DNA from: Clostridiales bacterium
Lineage (GTDB): Bacteria > Bacillota > Clostridia > Oscillospirales > Oscillospiraceae
Length of the DNA: 64,000 nt
NCBI GenBank assembly: GCA_012719035.1
Contig: JAAYBD010000009.1
Coordinates: 246-64,245, forward strand
Reading direction: 5' to 3'
The notes under the pieces were generated by a model that saw only the letters and a list, made by a program, of their open reading frames with translations, ran no database searches and had not been told where the DNA came from. The translations under genes and the position numbers were made by a program. Positions 1 to 9,052 of the stretch are shown here, piece by piece (within the stretch, counting starts at the first letter, position 1; each line of letters opens with the position of its first letter).

Positions 1-1002
1 GATATATCCGCTTTTAACCAAGTCTGTCAAGGTTCTTTCGACTGTCACTTTGCTTATATCCGGGCAAAGTTCCATTATTTCTTTTTTCGTAATTTTGCCT
101 ACTTTATGATCTATCACAGCCTTAATTCTCTCCGGTTTTGAAAGGCTGCGATTCTTCAGGTGTTCGACACGGCTCTCAAATTCATTATATGCTTTCAGTA
201 TAATGCCCAGGTAATACTTCACAAAAGGCTCATAACTGTTTTCACACTCATGCCAGCCGGTAGAACTCGCCTGAAGAGCTTCATAATAGGTTTCCTTTGT
301 TTTTTCAATCAGCATTTCCATGCTGACATATTTTCCAACAATGTAACCTGCTTTATAGAATAACAGCAACGTAAGCAAACGGCTCATACGGCCATTCCCA
401 TCGTTGAAAGGGTGAATACAAAGGAAATCCAGAATAAACATCGGAATTAAAACCAGCTTATCAATACGATCCGCTTCCCATGCGTCCAGAAACCTGCTGC
501 ACAGCTCATCCATTGCATCTGCTGTCTGAAATGCAGGAACCGGAATAAACCTTGCCTTCTGATGACCTTCTGCATCCGTTTCAGCAATCACGTTGTCGGA
601 GTTTTTATAGCTGCCGCCAGTAGCTCCCTGAGAATAGGAATATAAATCTCTGTGCAACTGCAGGATAATATTGGGACGAGGAGTTATATATTCATAGCTC
701 TCATGAATTGTGGCAAGAACTTCTCGATACCCGGCAATTTCCTGTTCTGAACGGTTGCGTGGTTCTGCTTTCTGGCTTACCAATTCTTCCAGACGTTTAT
801 CACTTGTATAGATGCCTTCAATTCGGTTCGATGCACCTGTACTCTGAATAAGTGCCACTTCAAGAAGCGTTTTCAGCTCATCAATATTTGCTTCAAGAAA
901 CAACTCTTGCTTTCCTTTATGTTCATGGATACTCGCAACCATCTGAACGATTTCGGGCGTCAGAAGTTTCTCAGGTGCTTTTATATAATCAAAACTCCTC
1001 AT
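1..1002 (-). CDS. Fic family protein (partial; C-terminus runs off the window edge)
   Basis: ATG at 1002-1000 (minus) preceded by GAAGGAG. The frame stays open to position 1, so with no stop in the window it is absent from the ORF track. My translation begins MRSFDYIKAPEKLLTPEIVQ. It contains the Fic core HPFNDGNGRMSR and an N-terminal SNRIEG (SxxxEG inhibitory-helix motif). Confidence 0.85.
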   Translation of the reverse strand, partial: MRSFDYIKAPEKLLTPEIVQMVASIHEHKGKQELFLEANIDELKTLLEVALIQSTGASNRIEGIYTSDKRLEELVSQKAEPRNRSEQEIAGYREVLATIHESYEYITPRPNIILQLHRDLYSYSQGATGGSYKNSDNVIAETDAEGHQKARFIPVPAFQTADAMDELCSRFLDAWEADRIDKLVLIPMFILDFLCIHPFNDGNGRMSRLLTLLLFYKAGYIVGKYVSMEMLIEKTKETYYEALQASSTGWHECENSYEPFVKYYLGIILKAYNEFESRVEHLKNRSLSKPERIKAVIDHKVGKITKKEIMELCPDISKVTVERTLTDLVKSGYI

Positions 1003-1140
1003 GGCAATCTCCTTCATTTATGACTTATCTCCATCATTTTAGCACTAAATGAAGGAGATTTCAACGGGCATGATGGAGATATAATTCCATCTGCAATGAT
1101 TATTATGCCATGATTGCGCACATAATAATCAATTTGTTAT

Positions 1141-1163
1141 GTAAAAGCAGCCCGAAGGCTGCC
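1141..1163 (-). terminator. rho-independent terminator after the DUF4366 gene
   Basis: GCAGCC-cgaa-GGCTGC hairpin (1147-1162), followed on the minus strand by TTTTAC. Confidence 0.45.
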
Positions 1164-1184
1164 CTGGCATCTGCCTGTTAAATA

Positions 1185-2264
1185 TTAAATGGGTTCGTTA
1201 TCGTCCTCATCCAAAGAATAATCTTCCTCTTCCTCATCGGTATTTTCCTCGGACTCGTCATAACCGTAATCTTCTTCACCATCTACATAGTCTGCATCCG
1301 GATCAGGCTTTGTCTGTTCTTTCTGCTTTTTGCCTTTGAGCTTCTTGAAAGCAAAGAAACCGCCCCCGGCAGCGAGAATAACAATCAAAAGAAGGGCAGG
1401 CATCATGTTGGGAGATGTCTTCTCCACCGGCTCCGGTTCGGTAACTACTGGTTCAGTTGTCGGTTCCGATTCAGGCTCTTTCTCAGGCTCTTCAACGGCA
1501 GGCGCATACTTTTCGGCTTCTTCTTCATCCATCAGATTGAGCAAATCAGCTTCATCAACCTGATTCAAGAAATGCACGGTCTGTTCACCCTTGTCGTCAC
1601 GGTCAATGATGATATAGAAATAGTTGCCGTTTTTCGTAACCGCCGTGATAAACTGTTTTCCTGCTCCAGTAGGAGAGCCTACATCATCTACAAGGGTAAG
1701 ATTGCCGTCTGGAGTCAATGCAGCATCGCCGGTTTCCATGTTCGCATTCTGCATAAACATATTCAGAAATAGAGCCATCATCGCCATATCCATACTATTG
1801 GCTTCTCCGGTAGATTCAATCACTTCCAGATAATCGCTGTGAACATAGCCAGTTTTTTCAGGCACCGTAACCTGATACCAGTCTCCATCTACTCCGATTA
1901 CCGTAACTTCCTCACCGGGACGAAGCTGATCAATGACCTCATAATTCATACCGGCACCGGTTCGCACATTCAGACGAGAACCATCCGTGACCACTTTTCC
2001 ATACTTAAGAGCTTCAACATCTTCTTCATCAAATGACCATTCTTCGCCATTATAAGAAAACACAATGCTGCCATCCTCAGAAACGGAAAAGCTATAAGGC
2101 GTTTCAGCAGCGTCCTGATCGTCGCTTTTCTCTGCATCCGTTTCGGCTGCTTCTGTGCTGGAGACGGATTCATCACCAGTATAGGCAAAAGCGGTGGTAC
2201 TGAACGTACCCACACACAATGCAAGTGCCATCAGCACCGAAAGGATTTTACTCTTCATCTTCAT
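1185..2264 (-). CDS. DUF4366 domain conjugative-element surface protein with SH3b domain, C-terminal TM anchor and acidic tail
   Basis: Signal peptide [29 protein letters not shown]3b-like [37 protein letters not shown]4366-like [11 protein letters not shown]...[13 protein letters not shown] segment [17 protein letters not shown]. Confidence 0.8.
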   Translation of the reverse strand: MKMKSKILSVLMALALCVGTFSTTAFAYTGDESVSSTEAAETDAEKSDDQDAAETPYSFSVSEDGSIVFSYNGEEWSFDEEDVEALKYGKVVTDGSRLNVRTGAGMNYEVIDQLRPGEEVTVIGVDGDWYQVTVPEKTGYVHSDYLEVIESTGEANSMDMAMMALFLNMFMQNANMETGDAALTPDGNLTLVDDVGSPTGAGKQFITAVTKNGNYFYIIIDRDDKGEQTVHFLNQVDEADLLNLMDEEEAEKYAPAVEEPEKEPESEPTTEPVVTEPEPVEKTSPNMMPALLLIVILAAGGGFFAFKKLKGKKQKEQTKPDPDADYVDGEEDYGYDESEENTDEEEEDYSLDEDDNEPI

Positions 2265-2508
2265 AATGATTTTCCTCCTCGTTCATTGAATTGATTGTTT
2301 CAGGCTTCGGCACAGTATCTCCGACCATGCGAAGCAGTTCTGCAAGCTGGGCAGGAGTGAGATTGGCGGCATGAACCATATCATGGATCTCCGTATTTTC
2401 CTCCTCACGATACCTGCGTTCCAGCTCTTTGACCTTTTTATCCCATTCATCACGTTTTTTACGGGCTTTGGCAAGGTCAGCGCCAATCTTATCAAGTTTT
2501 ACGCCCAT
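2248..2508 (-). CDS. DUF4315 family protein (ICE)
   Basis: 86-aa coiled-coil protein starting [25 protein letters not shown]. Occupies the family-typical position between the NlpC/P60 and DUF4366 genes. Confidence 0.7.
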   Translation of the reverse strand: MGVKLDKIGADLAKARKKRDEWDKKVKELERRYREEENTEIHDMVHAANLTPAQLAELLRMVGDTVPKPETINSMNEEENHYEDEE

Positions 2509-2523
2509 AAGATGCTCCTTTCC

Positions 2524-4284
2524 TTATCGAATACGGCCCATGCAGTAATAGTGCTGTTGCCAATAGCTGGTCTCAATAGATGCGTAAGAGATGGGATTTC
2601 CGCAGTGGATCATCATTCCATTGCCAACATAAATGCCGACATGAGATGCCCCGGAAGTATCGTAGGTTCCCTGGAAAAAGATGAGGTCACCCGGTTTGGC
2701 TTCACTCTTTGGAATAATGTCGCAGACACCCATCAAGCCGTTTGCAGTCAATCGTCCAACATTCCAGCCATTTCCACAGTTGTTAATAACCCAGCTGACG
2801 AAACCGGAGCAATCGAAACTGGTACTCGGTGAACTGCCGCCCCAGACATACGGATAACCCAGATATTTCTCGGCTTCCCGTATCATGTTGGCAAATTTCT
2901 CGTCAGTCAGAGCTTCGCCCGGAATGTCATAGTCGGTATACTCTCCACTTGGTGATGCGTAGATGTCATCGCCAAAAAGGTCAGGACGATTACCTCTGGT
3001 TTCCAAAAGCAGGCGATAACGCTCCATCTGATCTTCAGACAATCCTGCATTTCCGATGACCATATTCAAGCCCTTGTTTACCAGCTTTACATTCAGGATA
3101 TAATACTCATACTCGACCTCAACCTCATATTCGTATTCTTCCGTAGTGGTTTCGCCGGTCTCAGGATCAGTAGAAGTTGTTGTACCGGTCCGGGTTTCTG
3201 TCCTTGTTCGGATTTCAACTTTTTCTGTCAAAGTCAGCTCATACTGCCGGTCAAACAGCCATTGGAGTGTACTTTGCACTTCCTCACGGGTGTAATCCTC
3301 AAACATGACAGTCAGATATGCTGCCAGCTCATAAGGATTGTGATTGATTTCGTCCAGCTCATAGCGGTATTCATCATAGCCGCTGTGCGTTCGTTCAATG
3401 TTGCTGATTTTGCTCCTCAAAGCTGCTTCCAGTGCTTTGTAATCATCATTCGCCCCGATAATATCCTCATCTTCTGCGGTGAATGAGGTTCCCAGCACCA
3501 CATGAGTACCGCCCTGGAACATGGCAGAACAAGAGGAAAAGGCACCGGCAATCAACATGAACAGCAGACCGAAAAGCAACACGACGATTATTACCTTGGA
3601 ATGTGAAGTAACAAATTCAGCCAGTTTCTCCGAGAGCTTCTTGGTCTCTTTTGCCGCCTTTTCTGCACCTTTTGATGCAGCGGAAGACGAACCAGCAACG
3701 CTCTTTCCAGCTTTGGCAGCTGCGTACTCTTTCTTAATTGCCTGTTTCTGTCTCCACCGGGAAAAGGGATTGGAAGATGCGTCTGGATTATCCTTCTTGA
3801 ATTTCTCAAAAAGGGCATCTACATTTGCTGCATCTGATTTTTCTACCAGCTTATTTGCCTTGTCATAGGCTTTCAGTTTTTTACTGTACACCGCATGATC
3901 GACAGTGTATGCGGCTGTCTCCAGAGCTTCCTCGCTCTTGTGGACAGCCTGAACACCTACATTATCATCTTCATGCTCTGAAACAGCCTGATGCACCTTG
4001 GAGCTGACAGTAGCCGCTGATGCACGGGTAATCAAATGCTTTCCCTTGGAGGGCTTATCCAGATCAACATCAACTTTTGCCTTGTCAAAACGCAGCTTTG
4101 CTTTTCTGGATGCGGAAACACCCGCTTCACTGCGCAGTTTTTGGTGCTTCTTCTTTGGAGAGACCTTATCAACTGCTTTTTCCGCTTTGTCCGCAGCTTT
4201 TTCCGCACGGTCAGCGGCTTTTTTCACTTTGCCATCGGCAAGGTCATCCTCCGTAAAACGGAGACGGGTTGGTTTCTTCGCCAT
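2524..4284 (-). CDS. CD1108-type mobile-element protein with C-terminal NlpC/P60 (C40) peptidoglycan hydrolase domain
   Basis: C-terminal YLGYPYVWGGSSPSTSFDCSGFVSW...HVGIYVGNGMMIHCG (catalytic Cys/His). One central TM segment and a Lys/Ala-rich N-terminus. Confidence 0.85.
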   Translation of the reverse strand: MAKKPTRLRFTEDDLADGKVKKAADRAEKAADKAEKAVDKVSPKKKHQKLRSEAGVSASRKAKLRFDKAKVDVDLDKPSKGKHLITRASAATVSSKVHQAVSEHEDDNVGVQAVHKSEEALETAAYTVDHAVYSKKLKAYDKANKLVEKSDAANVDALFEKFKKDNPDASSNPFSRWRQKQAIKKEYAAAKAGKSVAGSSSAASKGAEKAAKETKKLSEKLAEFVTSHSKVIIVVLLFGLLFMLIAGAFSSCSAMFQGGTHVVLGTSFTAEDEDIIGANDDYKALEAALRSKISNIERTHSGYDEYRYELDEINHNPYELAAYLTVMFEDYTREEVQSTLQWLFDRQYELTLTEKVEIRTRTETRTGTTTSTDPETGETTTEEYEYEVEVEYEYYILNVKLVNKGLNMVIGNAGLSEDQMERYRLLLETRGNRPDLFGDDIYASPSGEYTDYDIPGEALTDEKFANMIREAEKYLGYPYVWGGSSPSTSFDCSGFVSWVINNCGNGWNVGRLTANGLMGVCDIIPKSEAKPGDLIFFQGTYDTSGASHVGIYVGNGMMIHCGNPISYASIETSYWQQHYYCMGRIR

Positions 4285-4287
4285 GCG

Positions 4288-6720
4288 TTACGCCTCCTTA
4301 TCATCCACCACCTCAGACAATTTCGTGGTCATAATACGGTACAGCTCAAGGTCAGTCGGGAACCTATCAACGAACGGCAGAATAACATTGCCGTAAAACA
4401 AAAGCCCTTCACCTTCACCGGAATGGGTAACGTAGGAAAGCTGGTGCGGGCTGATATTCAGCTGTTTCGCCAGAATCTGTCTGTCACCGGATGCCTGATT
4501 CAGCATATAGATGAAGTCGCTGTTTTCAAAAATGTTCTCAACCTCACGGCTGGAAAGCAGGTCTTTGACATTCTGGGTGATACCGGTAGGAATACCGCCC
4601 CATTTCCTGAAACGCTTCCAGATTTCGACGGAATAGGCGGCAGTCTGTTCTTCCTTCAGAAGCAGATGGAACTCATCCATATAGTATCTGGTTGCTTTAC
4701 CGGCGCTTCTGTTGGCCGTCACACGCCCCCAGACCTGATCCTGAACGACCAGCATTCCAATTTTTTTAAGCTGTTTGCCCAGTTGCTTGATGTCATAGCA
4801 GACAAGGCGGTTGTGAATGTCTACGTTGGTACGGTGGTTGAAAAGGTTCAAAGAACCTTTAACATAGATTTCAAGGGCAGTCGCCACATGACGAGCTTCC
4901 TTTTCCTCCTGTTCCAGCAGAGCATTGTACAAGTCCTCCAGAATAGGCATATTCTCAGGGCAGGGGTCGTTGAAATACTTCTGATAGATCTGATGCACAC
5001 AACGGTCAATGACCGTCTTTTCAACAGGCTGCAAGCCCTCTTTTCCACCAACAATCAACTCACACAGGGAGAGAATGAAGTCCGCTTTCAAAGCAATCGG
5101 GTTATCTTCCTCTGAATAATTGGCATTGATGTCCATGGGATTGATATACTGCGTACTGGAAGGACTAATGAAAATACACTGTCCCTGAAGTTTCTGAACC
5201 AGAGCCGAATACTCGGATTCAGGGTCACAGATGATAATGTCATCATCCGTAACCAAAAAGGCGTTGGTGATCTCACGCTTTGCGCTGAAGGATTTACCAG
5301 AGCCGGGAGTACCAAGAATCAGCCCATTCGGGTTCTTCAGCATCTTTCTGTCCACCATGATAAGGTTGTTGGAAAGTGCGTTCAGACCATAATAAAGCGT
5401 TTCCTTTCCATCCTGGAACAGCTCCTGAGTGGTAAACGGAACAAATATCGCAGTAGAGCTTGTCGTAAGTCCTCGGTGAATTTCAATCTGGTTATACGCC
5501 AGCGGAAGGGAACTCATCAGTGCATTTTCCTGCTGGAAATCCAGTCGGCGCAGATTGCAGTTGTGTTTCTGTGCAATACTCTGTGCCTGGAATACATTGG
5601 TTTCCAGCTCCTGCTCTGTGCGGCCGGTGTTTAAGACGAGGAAAGTAACCATGAACATACGCTCATTCTGGCTCTGCAACTCTTTCAAAAGTGCTTTGGC
5701 GTCTTTGCCGTAGGTTGCCAAATCCGAAGGAATGATGTCCATATCATAACCGGAACGCACAGCCTTTTTCTGTTCTTCAATTTTGGAACGGTCAAGCTCC
5801 GTAATTGTGCGTTTGATGGTCTTAATTGCGGCAGTCTGGTCAACTGACTGAATGTGCATCGTTACAATCTGGCTGGATTCCATATCAAGGAAATCTGCCA
5901 GCATACGGTCACTCAGGTCAGATGCCGTAATTGCCAGATATGACATTGCCCCATAAAGACTGCCCATCTGGAATGTGCGGTTGCCTTTGAAAGCGAAGGA
6001 AGTAGGAGCAATGAAGTCTTTCACCGACAGCCCGGACTCCACAAGCCATTTCCAGTCGAACATGAACTTGTCGTTATCACCCATGTGGAACATGGAGTGC
6101 ATTACATGCAGGCGCTCTTTTCCGTTCAAAGTCTTTGCAACAACGCCCAGACGACGGAAGTTGTTCAGCAGGTCATTTTCAATGTGCATGAGTCTCGGCT
6201 TTGCCTGACGCATTGAATCGGATTCAATGCCAAAGGTAAGATATTTGGTCTTTGTCAGACCATTGTTACCCTGCGCCAGCTGTTTTCTCAACATCTGACT
6301 GTACTCGGCACGGATGGAGTTGAACTCATCATTCTTAAACGGGATGCGGATACTTTTTTCAAAGCTCTCAGCGTCGGTACTCATGTTCATAAAGGACAGC
6401 TCGAAGTGGATGGAGCTGTCAAAGAAGTTCAGGAAACCACACCACTCATCAAAGATGGCTGTCTTATCTTCCTGCTGTGCCAACTGATAATTGATGTCCT
6501 GAAACTGAATGGTTTTGGTGTAAAAGTTATCTGTCACACGGCAAATTCCATCGGGAAACATCCTCTGAAACGGGATAGAGTCCTGGGCAGTATGCGGAAC
6601 TCCGTCAGACTTCTTTGCCCGATCAATGACTTCCTTAATCTGCTTCTGCTGTGTTCTTGTGAGATTTGCGGGCATTTTTACGTTTCTTGCCTGCTGTTTC
6701 TTCTTGGAAAACAATCGCAT
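4288..6720 (-). CDS. VirB4-like conjugal transfer ATPase (CD1110 family)
   Basis: 810 aa with Walker A LGTPGSGKSFSAKRE and Walker B-like IIICDPESE. Typical position after PrgI. Confidence 0.9.
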   Translation of the reverse strand: MRLFSKKKQQARNVKMPANLTRTQQKQIKEVIDRAKKSDGVPHTAQDSIPFQRMFPDGICRVTDNFYTKTIQFQDINYQLAQQEDKTAIFDEWCGFLNFFDSSIHFELSFMNMSTDAESFEKSIRIPFKNDEFNSIRAEYSQMLRKQLAQGNNGLTKTKYLTFGIESDSMRQAKPRLMHIENDLLNNFRRLGVVAKTLNGKERLHVMHSMFHMGDNDKFMFDWKWLVESGLSVKDFIAPTSFAFKGNRTFQMGSLYGAMSYLAITASDLSDRMLADFLDMESSQIVTMHIQSVDQTAAIKTIKRTITELDRSKIEEQKKAVRSGYDMDIIPSDLATYGKDAKALLKELQSQNERMFMVTFLVLNTGRTEQELETNVFQAQSIAQKHNCNLRRLDFQQENALMSSLPLAYNQIEIHRGLTTSSTAIFVPFTTQELFQDGKETLYYGLNALSNNLIMVDRKMLKNPNGLILGTPGSGKSFSAKREITNAFLVTDDDIIICDPESEYSALVQKLQGQCIFISPSSTQYINPMDINANYSEEDNPIALKADFILSLCELIVGGKEGLQPVEKTVIDRCVHQIYQKYFNDPCPENMPILEDLYNALLEQEEKEARHVATALEIYVKGSLNLFNHRTNVDIHNRLVCYDIKQLGKQLKKIGMLVVQDQVWGRVTANRSAGKATRYYMDEFHLLLKEEQTAAYSVEIWKRFRKWGGIPTGITQNVKDLLSSREVENIFENSDFIYMLNQASGDRQILAKQLNISPHQLSYVTHSGEGEGLLFYGNVILPFVDRFPTDLELYRIMTTKLSEVVDDKEA

Positions 6721-7069
6721 TTACCTCCTTCTCAAGTTGGTGCTGCCGCTTAAGGGCGACGTAGTAATTGTTCGTCTGATAAGGGCGAACCTTAGGTCGA
6801 GTAAATTTCGACTGGATGAAGTGTCTTGCAATGACTTCCAGCGGCTGACCGTCCTTTTCGTACATAGCCAAAAAGAACAGAGGGAGCATAATGATAATCA
6901 TGCCAAGTGCCGCCAGACTGACGTTGCCGGTACGTTTGAGCAAAAAGAAAGACGGCACTCCGATCAGTGCCGCCGCACCAAAGCATACCAGCTGTCGCTT
7001 TGTCAGATTAAAAAACACTTTGGATTTGACCCTCGTAAGATCACGAGGGACGGGAATATACGCTGCCAA
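6635..7069 (-). CDS. PrgI family mobile-element membrane protein
   Basis: 144 aa, two TM segments, YEKDGQPLE...RPYQTNNYY signature. Overlaps the annotated virB4 start, so one of the two starts may be shorter. Confidence 0.7.
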   Translation of the reverse strand: MAAYIPVPRDLTRVKSKVFFNLTKRQLVCFGAAALIGVPSFFLLKRTGNVSLAALGMIIIMLPLFFLAMYEKDGQPLEVIARHFIQSKFTRPKVRPYQTNNYYVALKRQHQLEKEVNAIVFQEETAGKKRKNARKSHKNTAEAD

Positions 7070-7091
7070 TCCAAGTCCTCCTTTCTATTGG

Positions 7092-7958
7092 TTAGTGGGC
7101 GCTGAATACGCTCTTGGCAAGTGAACCAGTCTTGAACAGCGTGAAGCACAGAAGAACTGTGTAGCCCATAACACCCCAAATGGATGCGATAATGTCATCA
7201 GAGAACGCAACAGACTGAATCAAAACTGCATATATGCCAACGCAGATCATGATTAAAAAGCCCTGGAAACCTAAAGCAAACAGGGAACGCAGATAGTTTT
7301 GCCCCACCTGGCTCTGTTCTCTGTTGCCGAATGTCGAAAATGGGATCGGCGCAAGGCTGGTCATCAGGTAGATTTCTACCATACGCCCATACACAATAAC
7401 GAAAATAACGACAGAGAGGGCAGACATTGTAATCTGCACAATGAGGGATTGCAGGAACAAGCCAAGCAAAGGCCCAAGCTCCATAGCATTTAGCGTGTCC
7501 TCCATGGCTTCCAAGGCTGAAGCATCTACCGCCGTGTCTGCCGATATGATGCCCGCACTGGCATTGACGACGTGCTGCGCCACATCGAAAACTGCCATTG
7601 TAATATTGAAGGTGTTGGTAATGAGCATGACCGCAACAAAAGTCTTGAAGACCCATTTGAAAAAGATCCAGGTCTCAAAATTTGCCAGATTGTTGTGGTC
7701 AATAATCATCTGGATAAGCTCGTAGCAGGCAATGAATGTTAAAATCAAGCCTGCGATTGGGATAATCACGTTTTCGGAGATGTTTCTCACCATAGCAAAG
7801 ACCCCGGGCGAAAAATTCGCCGGGGTCATGCCAACATCGGATGCAATCTCGCCAACCTGGTTATTGACGGAATCAAACAGCCCCGACAGATTACCCATAA
7901 TGGCATCAACGAGCATTTCTTTGAGCCATTCCGTTATTTTTTGGATAATGCTGTCCAA
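7092..7958 (-). CDS. VirB6/TrbL-like polytopic T4SS membrane protein (CD0415/CD1112 family)
   Basis: 288 aa with multiple TM helices. Sits between the Maff2 and PrgI genes as in related ICEs. Confidence 0.75.
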   Translation of the reverse strand: MDSIIQKITEWLKEMLVDAIMGNLSGLFDSVNNQVGEIASDVGMTPANFSPGVFAMVRNISENVIIPIAGLILTFIACYELIQMIIDHNNLANFETWIFFKWVFKTFVAVMLITNTFNITMAVFDVAQHVVNASAGIISADTAVDASALEAMEDTLNAMELGPLLGLFLQSLIVQITMSALSVVIFVIVYGRMVEIYLMTSLAPIPFSTFGNREQSQVGQNYLRSLFALGFQGFLIMICVGIYAVLIQSVAFSDDIIASIWGVMGYTVLLCFTLFKTGSLAKSVFSAH

Positions 7959-7979
7959 AGGCGACTACCTCCTTATTGA

Positions 7980-8195
7980 TTAACCGAACAGACCGGAAAG
8001 CAAAGGTACAAGAGTGATGCCAATGAGAGCGACACCGCCGCCAGCCATCAGCTGCTTCATGCCCTGGGATTTTGCGCCAGGGTTATCATTGCCGTAACCT
8101 TCCAGAAGGTTGATTGCACCCCAAATGCCAAGACCAGCACCAAGAGCAACGACGAGGGTCTGCAGAACAGTTACTGCGCTGTTAAAGAATTCCAT
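7980..8195 (-). CDS. Maff2 family mobile-element protein (intact copy)
   Basis: 71 aa: MEFFNSAVTVLQTLVVALGAGLGIWGAINLLEGYGNDNPGAKSQGMKQLMAGGGVALIGITLVPLLSGLFG. RBS AGGAGG upstream. Confidence 0.85.
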   Translation of the reverse strand: MEFFNSAVTVLQTLVVALGAGLGIWGAINLLEGYGNDNPGAKSQGMKQLMAGGGVALIGITLVPLLSGLFG

Positions 8196-8221
8196 AAAAT
8201 TTTTCCTCCTTAGATTTTAAT

Positions 8222-8254
8222 TGAAAAGGGTGGACAGCCGAAGCCATCCACCCC
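8222..8254 (-). terminator. hairpin plus T-run between the Maff2 fragment and the intact Maff2 gene
   Basis: GGGTGGA...TCCACCC stem (8228-8253), followed on the minus strand by CTTTTC. Confidence 0.4.
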
Positions 8255-8282
8255 TGTTTTGAGTAATTTCTATTTTGCCAGA

Positions 8283-8452
8283 TTAGCCAAACAGACCGGA
8301 AAGCAGCGGCACAAGGGTGATACCAATGAGAGCGACACCGCCGCCAGCCATCAGCTGCTTCATGCCCTGGGATTTTGCGCCAGGGTTATCATTGCCGTAA
8401 CCTTCCAGAAGGTTGATTGCACCCCAGATGCCAAGACCAGCACCAAGAGCAA
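8283..8452 (-). pseudogene. Maff2 3' fragment (second copy, lacks its own 5' half)
   Basis: Encodes ALGAGLGIWGAINLLEGYGNDNPGAKSQGMKQLMAGGGVALIGITLVPLLSGLFG, identical to the C-terminal part of the 7980-8195 product. Nucleotide identity with that copy ends at 8452/8453. Confidence 0.8.
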
Positions 8453-8632
8453 AGCATTGCCGCATTCGATAACGATACTGCCTTTTGGGTCAGTCACAAC
8501 ATAGCTGGAATGCATTTGAAGCAGGTTTGGTTTCAGCCAAAAGCGGGTCTTACCGGAACCACTGCCGCCGACAATTAGGACATTCTTGTTTCTGGCATTG
8601 GCAGGGTTCTTTGGACGATTTGACATCATCAA
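8453..8632 (-). pseudogene. VirD4-like type IV coupling protein, internal about 60-codon fragment only
   Basis: MMSNRPKNPANARNKNVLIVGGSGSGKTRFWLKPNLLQMHSSYVVTDPKGSIVIECG contains the Walker A region of CD1115-type T4CPs. The N-terminal TM region and about 450 C-terminal residues are missing. The frame runs on out of frame into the Maff2 fragment (ORF 8360-8632). Confidence 0.8.
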
Positions 8633-9015
8633 TAATTCTGTTTTACCGTATCCAAATACTGACGGAGGACTGTCTCACGGCTCATGGCGTTCACAAGGGA
8701 AACTTCCAAACCAGACAGCTCGATATTTGCAGGCATTAAATCTACGCCTTCAGGATGATGGAGGATACCTTCTCCTGGTTCAATGGGTTGTTCCATCATC
8801 ACCTTACCCATGAGATCTGACAAGGTAATAGGCAAATTATCAGGCACGGGATGTCCAAGGCTTATCGTAAGAGATGCCTGAGGATCTGCATCCACAACCA
8901 GAACTTTTTTACCCTCCATTGCCAGACCGACACCCAAGTTCTCCGTGGTTGTCGTCTTGCCGGTGCCACCTTTCTGATTAACTACTGCCATGACGGTAGC
9001 TTTCTTTGCCATCAC
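8629..9015 (-). pseudogene. ParA/Soj-type ATPase truncated at codon 128
   Basis: Deviant Walker A VVNQKGGTGKTTTT is present. The ORF stops after ...LRQYLDTVKQNY, exactly where the Walker B (hhhDCPP) block should follow in full-length (about 260 aa) ParA proteins. Confidence 0.75.
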
Positions 9016-9052
9016 AAATCACCTCAACTTTCATCTTGATCTTCAAATTGCA

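Noticed and set aside
4036-5115. 359-aa plus-strand ORF, and smaller ones, inside the virB4 region
   Set aside because: Entirely antisense to a well-supported 810-aa VirB4 gene. No RBS and no recognisable motifs. The composition looks like a shadow ORF.
8360-8632. 90-aa ORF that could be read as a small Walker-A ATPase gene
   Set aside because: It is a chimera. The first 60 codons are an internal VirD4 fragment, and the remainder is an out-of-frame read through the Maff2 fragment. I treated it as a pseudogene, not a functional gene.
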